Source: Planctomycetota bacterium
Lineage (GTDB): Bacteria; Planctomycetota; PLA2; JAEUHO01
Direction: 5' to 3'
Length of the DNA stretch: 64,000 nucleotides
Assembly: GCA_965223505.1 (NCBI GenBank)
Contig: CBDCWP010000038.1
Coordinates: 160,001 to 224,000 of the forward strand
This document shows positions 49,935-58,413 of the stretch, piece by piece. Made by a program: the position numbers and the translations under genes. The notes below the pieces were generated by a model. The model was not told where the DNA came from and made no database searches. It saw only the letters and a program-made list of their open reading frames with translations. Each line of letters opens with the position of its first letter. The stretch's first letter is position 1.

Positions 49935-50012
49935 TGGTACCCCCAACGGGATTTGAACCCGTGTCTCCGGCTTGAAAGGCCGGTGTCCTAGGCCAGGCTG
50001 GACGATAGGGGC
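49935..50012 (-). tRNA. tRNA-Glu (anticodon UUC), CCA encoded
   Basis: GCCCCTATCGTCCAGCCTGGCCTAGGACACCGGCCTTTCAAGCCGGAGACACGGGTTCAAATCCCGTTGGGGGTACCA folds as a cloverleaf. Confidence 0.97.
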
Positions 50013-50096
50013 ACGCTTCGAACGCCTCGAAAGCGCGCAGAGTCTACAGCGCCTCCCGCCGGCCGGGCAGCCGTGCGCGGGAGTCGCATCCGGACC

Positions 50097-51173
50097 TCAC
50101 TGCACCGGACGGAACTGCCGGTTCAGGTGGTCCCGCCAGCGGTCCACGTTCTTCCCGACCGCCCGCCAGTCGACGGGCTTGACGCGGAAGTCCTGGCCGG
50201 GGCGCTTCACGTGCGGCGCGTCGTACTCGACCGTCGCGCGAACCGGCATCTGGGCCGACGCACTTTCCGCCAGCATGGTCTCGACCGGCTCGGACGCGAG
50301 CCAGCGCATGAACCGATCGGCAGCCGACGCGCGCTTCGCCCCCTTCAAGATCGCCGCCGTGTTCGGGATGATCACGGTGCCGGGCTGCTCGGGGGCCTGG
50401 TCCGGGTAGACGACCACGACCGGATCCCCGCGCTTGATCGCGATCCAGGCATCGTCGGTGTCCGTCAAGCCGAAGGCGACCTTCTGCTCGGCGTCACTCA
50501 CGGCGCGCATCACGCGCCCGTTGGACGCGACGACCTTCATCAGTCCGCTGTTCATCGCCTCGGCGCAGCGGTCGAAGAACGCCTTGCCGGCGGCCTCGTC
50601 CTCCGTCAGCAGCGCGACCGCGTGGGTGTAGGTCGTTCCGGTGAGCGGGGCGGCCATGCAGGTGTGCAGCCCCATCGCCTTCCACTTCGGGTCGTAGAGG
50701 TCCTGGACCGATGTCGGGTATTGCTCCGGCGTCAACAGCTCCGTGTTGACGAGCAGTACGCGCGCCCGGGCGCCGAATTGGATGAACTGCGCGTCGGGAT
50801 CGCGCCACTGCTCAGGAAACGCCTCGACGACGTCGGCCGGCAACGTCGCGAACAGCCCGAGGTCGGCCAGGTGCGCCATGTGCATGATCTCGTTCGACCA
50901 GTAGACGTCGGCACGCGGGTTGTCGCGTTCGCGCAGAAGCTTCTGCGGAAGCCCGATGCTTCGAAACGCCTCGCTCTCGCCGTGAAAGTCGACCTTGAGC
51001 CCGCTCTCGTTCTCGAAGTACTTGATCGTCAACCGGCTCTGGTCCTGATCGACGCCGCAGTAGAGCACCAGATCCGGTTCGCTCTCCGGCCAGAAGAACC
51101 AGACGAGACACGCCACCAGCAGCACGACGCCGATGGCGACGAGATTCTGGAATCGCACGATGCCCGCACTCAC
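50097..51173 (-). CDS. ABC transporter substrate-binding protein (Fe3+/thiamine-type family)
   Basis: ERDNPRADVYW, RARVLLVN, VVYPDQ, GTVIIPN. Confidence 0.85.
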   Translation of the reverse strand: MSAGIVRFQNLVAIGVVLLVACLVWFFWPESEPDLVLYCGVDQDQSRLTIKYFENESGLKVDFHGESEAFRSIGLPQKLLRERDNPRADVYWSNEIMHMAHLADLGLFATLPADVVEAFPEQWRDPDAQFIQFGARARVLLVNTELLTPEQYPTSVQDLYDPKWKAMGLHTCMAAPLTGTTYTHAVALLTEDEAAGKAFFDRCAEAMNSGLMKVVASNGRVMRAVSDAEQKVAFGLTDTDDAWIAIKRGDPVVVVYPDQAPEQPGTVIIPNTAAILKGAKRASAADRFMRWLASEPVETMLAESASAQMPVRATVEYDAPHVKRPGQDFRVKPVDWRAVGKNVDRWRDHLNRQFRPVQ

Positions 51174-51199
51174 CTGACCCCCTCTCGTCGATCCAATTG

Positions 51200-51236
51200 T
51201 GTATCCGTTCGGTAACACCGTAACGGATCCGATACG
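51200..51236. promoter_or_regulatory. Two inverted 18-bp boxes (TGT-N12-ACA-like), candidate operator
   Basis: TGTATCCGTTCGGTAACA (51200-51217) and CGTAACGGATCCGATACG (51219-51236). Confidence 0.35.
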
Positions 51237-51248
51237 AAACGGACAGGC

Positions 51249-52040
51249 CTACATGTCGTGGGTCCGGCCCCTTCGCGCAGCCCGCTTGAAGCGATTCGCG
51301 TCGACGCCGAGCGTCCGCAGCTTCTTGTGGAAGTTCGGCCGGCTGATGCCGGCCAGGCGCGCCGACGCCGCGACGTTGCCGCCCGTGCGCGCGAGCAGAT
51401 CCTCCACGTAGCGGATCTCGAACTTGCGCTGTGCCTCGCGCAGCGGCATCGGCGGCTTCGCGGTGCCGTTGGCCTCGCGCAACCGGATCTCCGCTTCGTG
51501 TTTCTGAATCTCGGCGGTCGTCGAACCGAACGAGGTCAGCTCGCCGGTGTCCAGTGGATCGCGGCGCGCCTCGAGTTGCTCCTCGACCGCCTGATAGCCG
51601 TCCGGCGAGAGTCGACGCTCGACCAGCGCCCGCAAACGCCTGTTTTCCCGCGATAGGCGCTCTTCGTCGACGGCACGCTGAATCACGCGCACGACCTCGT
51701 CGACGGAGAACGGCTTCTGGACGTAGTCCTTTGCGCCGCGGCGCATGGCTTCGAGCGCCATCTCGACGGTGCCGTAGCCGGTCATGACGACGACCGGGAT
51801 GCGCGCGTCCATCTCGGTGAGAATCGCGACGATGTCGAGTCCCGAGAGGTCCGGAAGCTTGACGTCCGTGAGCACGGCGTCGAAGCGCCCCTCGACGAAG
51901 CGATCCACGCCGTCTTTGCCGGTCGCGGCCTCCGTGCTCGTGAATCCTGCGCGCTGGAACCCCTTGGCCAACGCGTGCCGCATGGACTCTTCGTCGTCGA
52001 TCACCAGAACGTGGGGCGGGGTCGAGCTGGGCGCGTTCAT
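51249..52040 (-). CDS. Response regulator, REC plus Fis-type HTH, no sigma54 AAA+ domain
   Basis: VIDDE, TDVKLPD.SGL, DYVQKPF; GGNVAASARLAGISR. Confidence 0.9.
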   Translation of the reverse strand: MNAPSSTPPHVLVIDDEESMRHALAKGFQRAGFTSTEAATGKDGVDRFVEGRFDAVLTDVKLPDLSGLDIVAILTEMDARIPVVVMTGYGTVEMALEAMRRGAKDYVQKPFSVDEVVRVIQRAVDEERLSRENRRLRALVERRLSPDGYQAVEEQLEARRDPLDTGELTSFGSTTAEIQKHEAEIRLREANGTAKPPMPLREAQRKFEIRYVEDLLARTGGNVAASARLAGISRPNFHKKLRTLGVDANRFKRAARRGRTHDM

Positions 52041-52147
52041 GCCATGGGCCAAGCAACCCCTGGACCGTTCTGGGCACGATGCCCGACGCAAGCGTCGGCG
52101 CGACCGCCGTCGGTCCGTCACCCCTCGAGGACGGAGGCGTTACGCCC

Positions 52148-53623
52148 TCAGGCCTTGGGCAGCGACACGGAGAAGCGCGCCCCGCCCCCCGGCGCCTCGC
52201 CGACCTCGATCCGGCCCCCGTGCCGCTCGATGATGCCGTAGGAGATGAACAGCCCGAGTCCCGTCCCTCCCTCGCGCGCGGTGAAGAAGGGCTCGAAGAT
52301 GCGCGTGCGATCGGCCTCGGGGACCCCCGGTCCCTCGTCGCAAACCTCGATGACGGCGGCGCCGTCCGCCGTGCCGGTCGTGACCGTCACGCGATCGCCT
52401 TCGTCGCTGGCGTGAATCGCGTTCGTCACGAGATTGAGCACGACTTGATGCAACTGTCCGTCGTCGCCGAGCACCTCGGGCGCGTCGCCGTCGTGCGCCT
52501 CGAGCGTGACGCGCGACTGCCTCGCGCTCGGCTCCGCGGTGCGTAGGACGTCGGCGACGACGCGCCCGAGGGAGACGGGCGCGAGCTTGCGCGACGGCGG
52601 TCGCGCCACGTCGAGCAGCGCGCGCACGAGCACCGCGGCGCGATCGGCGGTGCGCTTGGCCATGTCGATGTCTTCGAGAACGGCCTCGTTGGTCGTGGCC
52701 GAGCGCACGCTCTCGAGGCATCCGAGGATGCCGCCGATCAGGTTGTTGAACTCGTGCGCGACGCCGCCCGCCAGCGTGCCGAGGCCGGCCATCTTCTCCG
52801 TCTGCACCAGACGGTCCTGGGTCGCGCGCAGCTCCTCGAGTGCTTGCGTGCGCTCTTCGAGCGTCGCTTCGAGGGTCTCGGTCTTGCGACGCACCTCGTC
52901 CTCCAGCCCTTCGGTCGCGACGCGAATCTGGTCGCGCATGCGCTCGACGTCGCCCGCCAGTCCCACGAGCTCGATCGCGCCGCCGCGCGCCTGGGGAACG
53001 GGGGTCGAGAGATCGCCCTCGGCGATCCGGTTGACCGCCGAGCGCAGACGTCGCACGGGGCCCACGACGAGCACGACCAGCGTGAGCGCCAGGAGCACCG
53101 CCATGCCGAGCAGGAGCATCCCGAAACGCATGCTGAGCTTGTCGGCGCGCGCGGACGACGCGCGCTCCGCGCGAACGGCGGCCTCCGCGCGAAGCTCGCT
53201 CATGCGTGCCTCGATGCGCGCGTCGCTCTGCACGCCCATGCGGTCCGCGAGCACGTCGATGCGCCGAAGCTCGTCGCGGCTGCGCCGGCGCGCACCGCTG
53301 ACGAGCGCTCGCTTGAGCGCCTCGACATCGACACGCTCGGGATCCGCGGCGTCGCGATAGAGCGAGAACGGCTCCTGCTCGATCCACTGCCGCGAGCGGG
53401 TCTCGGCGCCCTCGACCAACCCGTGGGCGGTGTCCTGGGAGAGCTTCACCAACGCGGCGGCCAGCTCCTTGAGCGCGGCCTCCGAACGCTGTTGCTCCGC
53501 GGCCGCATCCTCGCGCGCCGCGTCGAGATCCTCCGACGTGATCCACGCCAACACGCCCGCTCCGCCGGCCAGCACGACGCCCCCCACCAGCACGAGCGTC
53601 CAGATGACGAGCGAAACCCTCAA
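52148..53623 (-). CDS. Sensor histidine kinase (2 TM, HAMP, HisKA, HATPase)
   Basis: GVAHEFNN, NLVTNA, DEGPG, FEPFFT, GTGLGL. Confidence 0.93.
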   Translation of the reverse strand: MRVSLVIWTLVLVGGVVLAGGAGVLAWITSEDLDAAREDAAAEQQRSEAALKELAAALVKLSQDTAHGLVEGAETRSRQWIEQEPFSLYRDAADPERVDVEALKRALVSGARRRSRDELRRIDVLADRMGVQSDARIEARMSELRAEAAVRAERASSARADKLSMRFGMLLLGMAVLLALTLVVLVVGPVRRLRSAVNRIAEGDLSTPVPQARGGAIELVGLAGDVERMRDQIRVATEGLEDEVRRKTETLEATLEERTQALEELRATQDRLVQTEKMAGLGTLAGGVAHEFNNLIGGILGCLESVRSATTNEAVLEDIDMAKRTADRAAVLVRALLDVARPPSRKLAPVSLGRVVADVLRTAEPSARQSRVTLEAHDGDAPEVLGDDGQLHQVVLNLVTNAIHASDEGDRVTVTTGTADGAAVIEVCDEGPGVPEADRTRIFEPFFTAREGGTGLGLFISYGIIERHGGRIEVGEAPGGGARFSVSLPKA

Positions 53624-54573
53624 CCGTCGCCCCGCTTCTTCACCGGCTCGAGCTCGTACGCCGATGCCAGGAACGGCATCGGCAGCTGCAGCCCCTGCCG
53701 CTCGGCCGCGTTCAGATCGACGAAGACGCGGACGCTCTTGACTGGTCGCGCGGGCAACGACTTGGAACGGTCGCGGTCGAGGCGGCGCGCGAGCTCGGAC
53801 GCCGTTCGCCCGACGATGCCGTGGTGGCCGGCCAGCACGACCACGGCCCGGCCCTTGCGGAACTGCAACGGATCGTCGCAGACCAGCGGCACCTTCTTGC
53901 GTCGCGCGAGCTCGAACGCCTCGCGGAAGGAGAGCAGCTTCGCGTCGGACGCGAGCCGCAGGTGCAGCACCGCGCCGGGTTGCGCGTCCTCGTCGTGCGT
54001 CGCCCAGGCGAACCCGCCCGCTTCGGCGAACGCGTCGAAACGACCCGTCTCGTCCTCGGTCGCAAGGCGCACGTGCGGCGTCTCGGTCGCGAGCATGCGC
54101 CGCAGAATCTCGCCGAGACGCTCCGCGCGCAGCTCCGCGTAGACGATCGCGTGCAGCCCATCGACCTTCGGCAGGGGATCGAGTGGCTCGCCGTCCACGG
54201 TGTAGCGTGAGGTCACGAAGACGCGCGGAACGCTCGGCGCGATCTTGCGCATGCGCTCGCAGGCTCTGTCACCGAGCGCGAACGCCAACGGGCCGCGCGG
54301 CATGCGCACCGTCGGCGCGCGCGCCTGCGCCCGCAACTTGCGTCCGAACGCCTCGAAGCCGGCGGGTGTGTCTTCGATGGTCTCGCGGCACACGCGCGGG
54401 AGCTTCGCCAGCTCGAGCCCCTTGCGAATGTGGTCGTAGACGTGAAGCAACCGCGCGTCGTCGCGTTCGAGCACGGCGGCGGGAATGTCGCAGGCCGGCA
54501 ACTCCTCTTCTTCGGCCGACGCGTGCACTCCGAGCGGCAACAGCAAGAGGAGAACGAACGAGAGGCGGCGCAT
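53620..54573 (-). CDS. Secreted protein with ABC substrate-binding-like C-terminus
   Basis: Signal peptide; C-terminal FVDLNAAERQGLQLPMPFLASA; overlaps the kinase start. Confidence 0.55.
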   Translation of the reverse strand: MRRLSFVLLLLLPLGVHASAEEEELPACDIPAAVLERDDARLLHVYDHIRKGLELAKLPRVCRETIEDTPAGFEAFGRKLRAQARAPTVRMPRGPLAFALGDRACERMRKIAPSVPRVFVTSRYTVDGEPLDPLPKVDGLHAIVYAELRAERLGEILRRMLATETPHVRLATEDETGRFDAFAEAGGFAWATHDEDAQPGAVLHLRLASDAKLLSFREAFELARRKKVPLVCDDPLQFRKGRAVVVLAGHHGIVGRTASELARRLDRDRSKSLPARPVKSVRVFVDLNAAERQGLQLPMPFLASAYELEPVKKRGDG

Positions 54574-54581
54574 TGCCGCGA

Positions 54582-55601
54582 TTATGCCTCTCCTGTCGCG
54601 AATACGTCGAGTTCGAAGGAAGAACGCTCCCCGGCTTCGAGAAGCTGCGCCCCGCGAAGCGCGATCATCGCTCCGTTGTCGGCACACAGCGCGGTCGACG
54701 GGAAACGGATGCGGAGTCCGTCGGGCGCACGTTCGTGCAAGAGACGACGCAGCTCGCGATTGGCCGCGACGCCCCCACCGACGACGAGATCGCGTACACC
54801 TTCCTGCTCGGCGGCGAGCAGGGAGCGCTCGATGAGCACGTCCACGACCGCGCGTTCGAAGGACGCCGCGACGTCGGCGTGGGACACTTCGAGATCGGAT
54901 CGGTCAGGCGCGCCGCGCTTGCCGCCGGGGCCCTTCAAGTAGTACAGCACCGCGGTCTTCAGCCCGGAGAACGAGAACGCGAGCGGGTCGTGCTTCACCT
55001 TCGAGCGGGGGAAGCGCACCGCCTTCGGGTCGCCCTCCATAGCGAGCTTGCTGACGGACGGACCGCCGGGCTGCGGCAGTCCGAGCAGCACGGCGACCTT
55101 GTCGAAGCACTCGCCGGCGGCGTCGTCGATGGTCGAGCCGAGCCGCTCGATTCGGCCGGGCGCTCGGCACGCGTAGATGGCGGTGTGGCCGCCCGACGCG
55201 ACGAGCGCGGTGAACGGGAACTCGAGATCGGCGTGCTCGGCCTGCGCCGCCACGCAGTGGGCTTCGATGTGATGCACGCCCACGAGCGGGAGGTCACGCG
55301 CGAGACAGAGCGACTTGGCGGCGGCGACGCCCACCATGAGCGAGCCGACGAGCCCGGGGCGGTTGGTGACCGCGACGGCATCGAGGTCGTCGAGCGCGAT
55401 GCCGGCGGCCTCGAGCGCGCGCTCCACGACGCGCGTGACACGTTCGGTGTGCGCGCGGCTGGCGATCTCGGGCACGACGCCGCCGAAGTCGGCGTGCAGC
55501 TCGTATTGGGTGGCGACCTCGTTGCTCAGCACCTCACGCGGCGCGCGCAGCACGGCGGCGGCGGTGTCGTCGCAGGAGGTGTCGATGCCGAGGATGAGCA
55601 C
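54582..55601 (-). CDS. tsaD: tRNA N6-adenosine threonylcarbamoyltransferase
   Basis: LGIDTSCDDT, GGVVPEIASRAH, HHIEAH, SGGHT, DNGAMIA. Confidence 0.96.
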   Translation of the reverse strand: MLILGIDTSCDDTAAAVLRAPREVLSNEVATQYELHADFGGVVPEIASRAHTERVTRVVERALEAAGIALDDLDAVAVTNRPGLVGSLMVGVAAAKSLCLARDLPLVGVHHIEAHCVAAQAEHADLEFPFTALVASGGHTAIYACRAPGRIERLGSTIDDAAGECFDKVAVLLGLPQPGGPSVSKLAMEGDPKAVRFPRSKVKHDPLAFSFSGLKTAVLYYLKGPGGKRGAPDRSDLEVSHADVAASFERAVVDVLIERSLLAAEQEGVRDLVVGGGVAANRELRRLLHERAPDGLRIRFPSTALCADNGAMIALRGAQLLEAGERSSFELDVFATGEA

Positions 55602-55770
55602 GGCAAGAACCTACCCCGATCCAACACCGAGACGAACCTGAACTCCAAGCCTCTCGAGCCGAGTCGCGGCGTGTCGTTGGGGCGACGGTGCCGCAAGGTG
55701 ACGGAGGACGGCGCGTGGATTCCCACATAAGGACGACGGCACGAAGCGCCACCGAGCATCCAACGGCACG

Positions 55771-57105
55771 CTACCCCTTCTTCGGCTTGCCGCGGTTGAT
55801 GTTCCGAAGCGCCACGTCACCCGACAAGAGATCGACCGCGCGCTGCAGCTGCGGGTCGACGTAGTCCGCCGCGACCTCGGGGAACCGCGTCTCCTGACCC
55901 CAAACGGCCTCTTCCTGGTTCACGAAGAATTGGCCGAGCATCTCGTTCTGCTTCGCCGTCAACGGAATGATCACGTCCGGGAACAACCCCGCCGGATCGC
56001 CGTTGTTGCCGCCGGAGCTCTGGTAGGAGCGACCCGACGGCGTGTAGTAGCGCGACGTCGTCAGCTTGATCGCCGCGCGCGTACCGGGGATCTCGCTGAT
56101 CTGCTGCACGAGGAACTTGCCGTAGGTGCGCGTGCCCACCAAGAGCGCGCGCCGGTGATCCTGCAGCGCCCCGGCGACGATCTCGCTCGCGCTCGCGCTG
56201 TAGCCGTTCACGAGCACGACCAGCGGCAGATCGGGGACGTCGTTGGCGTCCTTGGACGCCGAGTGCTGCTTGTTGGAGTCGCGGGCGCGCCCCTCCATGC
56301 GGACGAGCACGCCTTGCCGCAGGAAGCGGTCGGCGATTTTCAAGGCGACGTTCAGCACGCCGCCACCGTTGTGACGCAGGTCCAACACCAGGCCCTCGAT
56401 GCCGTCCTCCATCATCGACTCGACGGCGCGTCCGAAGTCGTCGACCGTCTCTTCCGCAAAGTCGGTGAGCCGCACGACGCCGAACTGTCCGTGGTCGCCG
56501 ACGCGGCGCACGTAGACCGTCGGCGGACGGATGACGCCGCGCACGACGGCCAGCTCGGTGACGGGGTTCGTGGAGGGCCCGTCCTCGGGGCGCGGTCCCT
56601 TCCGGTAGGCGATGCGCACGGTGGAGTTCGGCTCGCCCTTGAGCAGGTCGGTCACCTGGTCGAGGTCGATGCCGCCAAGAGGCACGTCGCCCGCGCGAAC
56701 GATGGTGTCGCCGACGGTCAGACCGGCGACGGCGGCGGGGCCTCCGGGCAGGACGCCGACGATCATGAGTCCCTCGTCGACCTGCTCGATCTTGATGCCG
56801 AGACCGGCGTACTTGCCTTCGATGCCTTCGCGCCACTCTTGTTGTTCGCTCGGAGGAATGAAACCGCTGTAGGGATCGAGCTCGAGGTAGGCGTCCATGG
56901 CGCGATAGAACGCCTCACGCTCTTGTTCGGAGGACAGCTCGTCCACGTAGGTCGCCGCCACCTTGCTGCGCACGTAGCCGGCGATCTCCTCGTTCCAGTA
57001 GACGCCTTCGGCGTCGGCGGCGCCGGCGCCGCGATCCACGAGCAGGAAGGCGATGGTCAGCGACGCGAGGACGCTGGCGCAGATGAGGAGCGTTCCGGGT
57101 TTCAT
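55771..57105 (-). CDS. ctpA: S41 family C-terminal processing peptidase
   Basis: LDPYS, PDZ, DLRHNGGG, SASASEIVAGALQD, TYGK. Confidence 0.92.
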   Translation of the reverse strand: MKPGTLLICASVLASLTIAFLLVDRGAGAADAEGVYWNEEIAGYVRSKVAATYVDELSSEQEREAFYRAMDAYLELDPYSGFIPPSEQQEWREGIEGKYAGLGIKIEQVDEGLMIVGVLPGGPAAVAGLTVGDTIVRAGDVPLGGIDLDQVTDLLKGEPNSTVRIAYRKGPRPEDGPSTNPVTELAVVRGVIRPPTVYVRRVGDHGQFGVVRLTDFAEETVDDFGRAVESMMEDGIEGLVLDLRHNGGGVLNVALKIADRFLRQGVLVRMEGRARDSNKQHSASKDANDVPDLPLVVLVNGYSASASEIVAGALQDHRRALLVGTRTYGKFLVQQISEIPGTRAAIKLTTSRYYTPSGRSYQSSGGNNGDPAGLFPDVIIPLTAKQNEMLGQFFVNQEEAVWGQETRFPEVAADYVDPQLQRAVDLLSGDVALRNINRGKPKKG

Positions 57106-57149
57106 GCGATCTCCTTGGGACCTCAGTCTAGCCGCGGGTGTCGGCCTGC

Positions 57150-57265
57150 ATCCCCATCACGATCCCCCTCGACCCCCAAACCCGAACCCGATCCTGATCC
57201 CGAACCCGATGCCGCCCCTGATCCCGGCGCCCGGACGCGACCCCATTCCCGACGCCCGGTCCCGA
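57150..57265. repeat. Degenerate hexamer (CCCGAN)n intergenic tract
   Basis: CCCAAACCCGAACCCGATCCTGATCCCGAACCCGAT... Confidence 0.6.
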
Positions 57266-57267
57266 CG

Positions 57268-58398
57268 TCAATCGAAGTCGCCGCGGCCGAACTCGACGGG
57301 ATGATCCGCGCCGACGTTCAGCACCAGGCCCAGGCCGACGAAGGACGTCAGCAGGCTCGAGCCGCCGTAGGACAGGAACGGAAGCGGCATCCCCACGATC
57401 GGAAACAACCCCAATGTCATCCCCACGTTGATCAATGCCTGGCACCCGAAGAGCGTCGCGACGCCGATCGCGAGCAGCCGTCCACTCGGCTCGCGAACGC
57501 GCAAGGCGGTGCGCAACAACAACAGGATCAACAACGCGTAGATCGCGAAGAGCGCCGCGGTCCCGGTGAGACCGAACGCAGCGACGAACACCGGGAAGAT
57601 GAAGTCGGAGTGCCGCTCCGGCAGGAAGCGCACGGCTTGGTGCGTCTCTTCACCGAGCCCCGATCCGGTGAGGCTCGCCGCGCCGACCACCGTCTTGCTG
57701 TGGTGGATGTGATGTCCCTGCTTCTGCAGCAACGCCTTGTCCGCGCTCTGCTGCAACAGATACGCATGGATGCGGTTCTTCTGGTACGGCTTCAAGATGC
57801 CGGGGACGAAGTACATGGCGACGGCCGCGACGAGACCGGCGCCCGCGACGATCGCCAGATGACGGCGCCGCGCGCCCGCGACGAACAGCAGCACGAAGAG
57901 AATCGGAATCAGCAAGAGCGCCGTCCCGAGATCGGGCTGCAGCATGATCAGCATGAGCGGCAGGAACGTGAGCGCGAACGGGACGAACAGCCCCGTGAAG
58001 CGCCGGTAGCTCGACTGGTATCGAATGAAGCCGGCGAGCGTGATGACCATCACGACCTTCATGATCTCGCTCGGCTGCATGCGGAAAGAGCCGAGCTGGA
58101 TCCAACGCTTCGCGCTGCGGCCGCTGCCGGCCACGAGCACGGCCAACAGCAAGAGGATCCCGACGCCGTAGATGACGTAGCGCCACTCAACGACGCGGCG
58201 ATACGGCACCGCCAGCATCAGCAGGCACAGCACGACACCGATGACCGTCCAGCGCAGCTGGAGCCAGCCGTAGTCGACGGCCTTGCCCTGCGACGCCGCC
58301 TGCACGGTGAACACACCGATGAACGCGAGCAGCACGCCGAGCGCGAGCAGGAGCCAGTTGGCCTGCTTCAGCCGGTCACCGAGCGTGAGCTGACGCAC
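57268..58398 (-). CDS. rodA: Rod shape-determining SEDS protein
   Basis: AKRWI, QPSE, QPDLGT, PERHSDFIF, LPFLSYGGSS; follows PBP2. Confidence 0.93.
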   Translation of the reverse strand: MRQLTLGDRLKQANWLLLALGVLLAFIGVFTVQAASQGKAVDYGWLQLRWTVIGVVLCLLMLAVPYRRVVEWRYVIYGVGILLLLAVLVAGSGRSAKRWIQLGSFRMQPSEIMKVVMVITLAGFIRYQSSYRRFTGLFVPFALTFLPLMLIMLQPDLGTALLLIPILFVLLFVAGARRRHLAIVAGAGLVAAVAMYFVPGILKPYQKNRIHAYLLQQSADKALLQKQGHHIHHSKTVVGAASLTGSGLGEETHQAVRFLPERHSDFIFPVFVAAFGLTGTAALFAIYALLILLLLRTALRVREPSGRLLAIGVATLFGCQALINVGMTLGLFPIVGMPLPFLSYGGSSLLTSFVGLGLVLNVGADHPVEFGRGDFD

Positions 58399-58413
58399 GT
58401 GCGCTCTCCTCTC

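Noticed and set aside
52045..52075. Possible sigma54 -24/-12 promoter (CGGTCCAGGGGTTGC) before the response regulator
   Set aside because: GG-N10-GC spacing fits but the -24 element is poor and the regulator lacks the AAA+ domain
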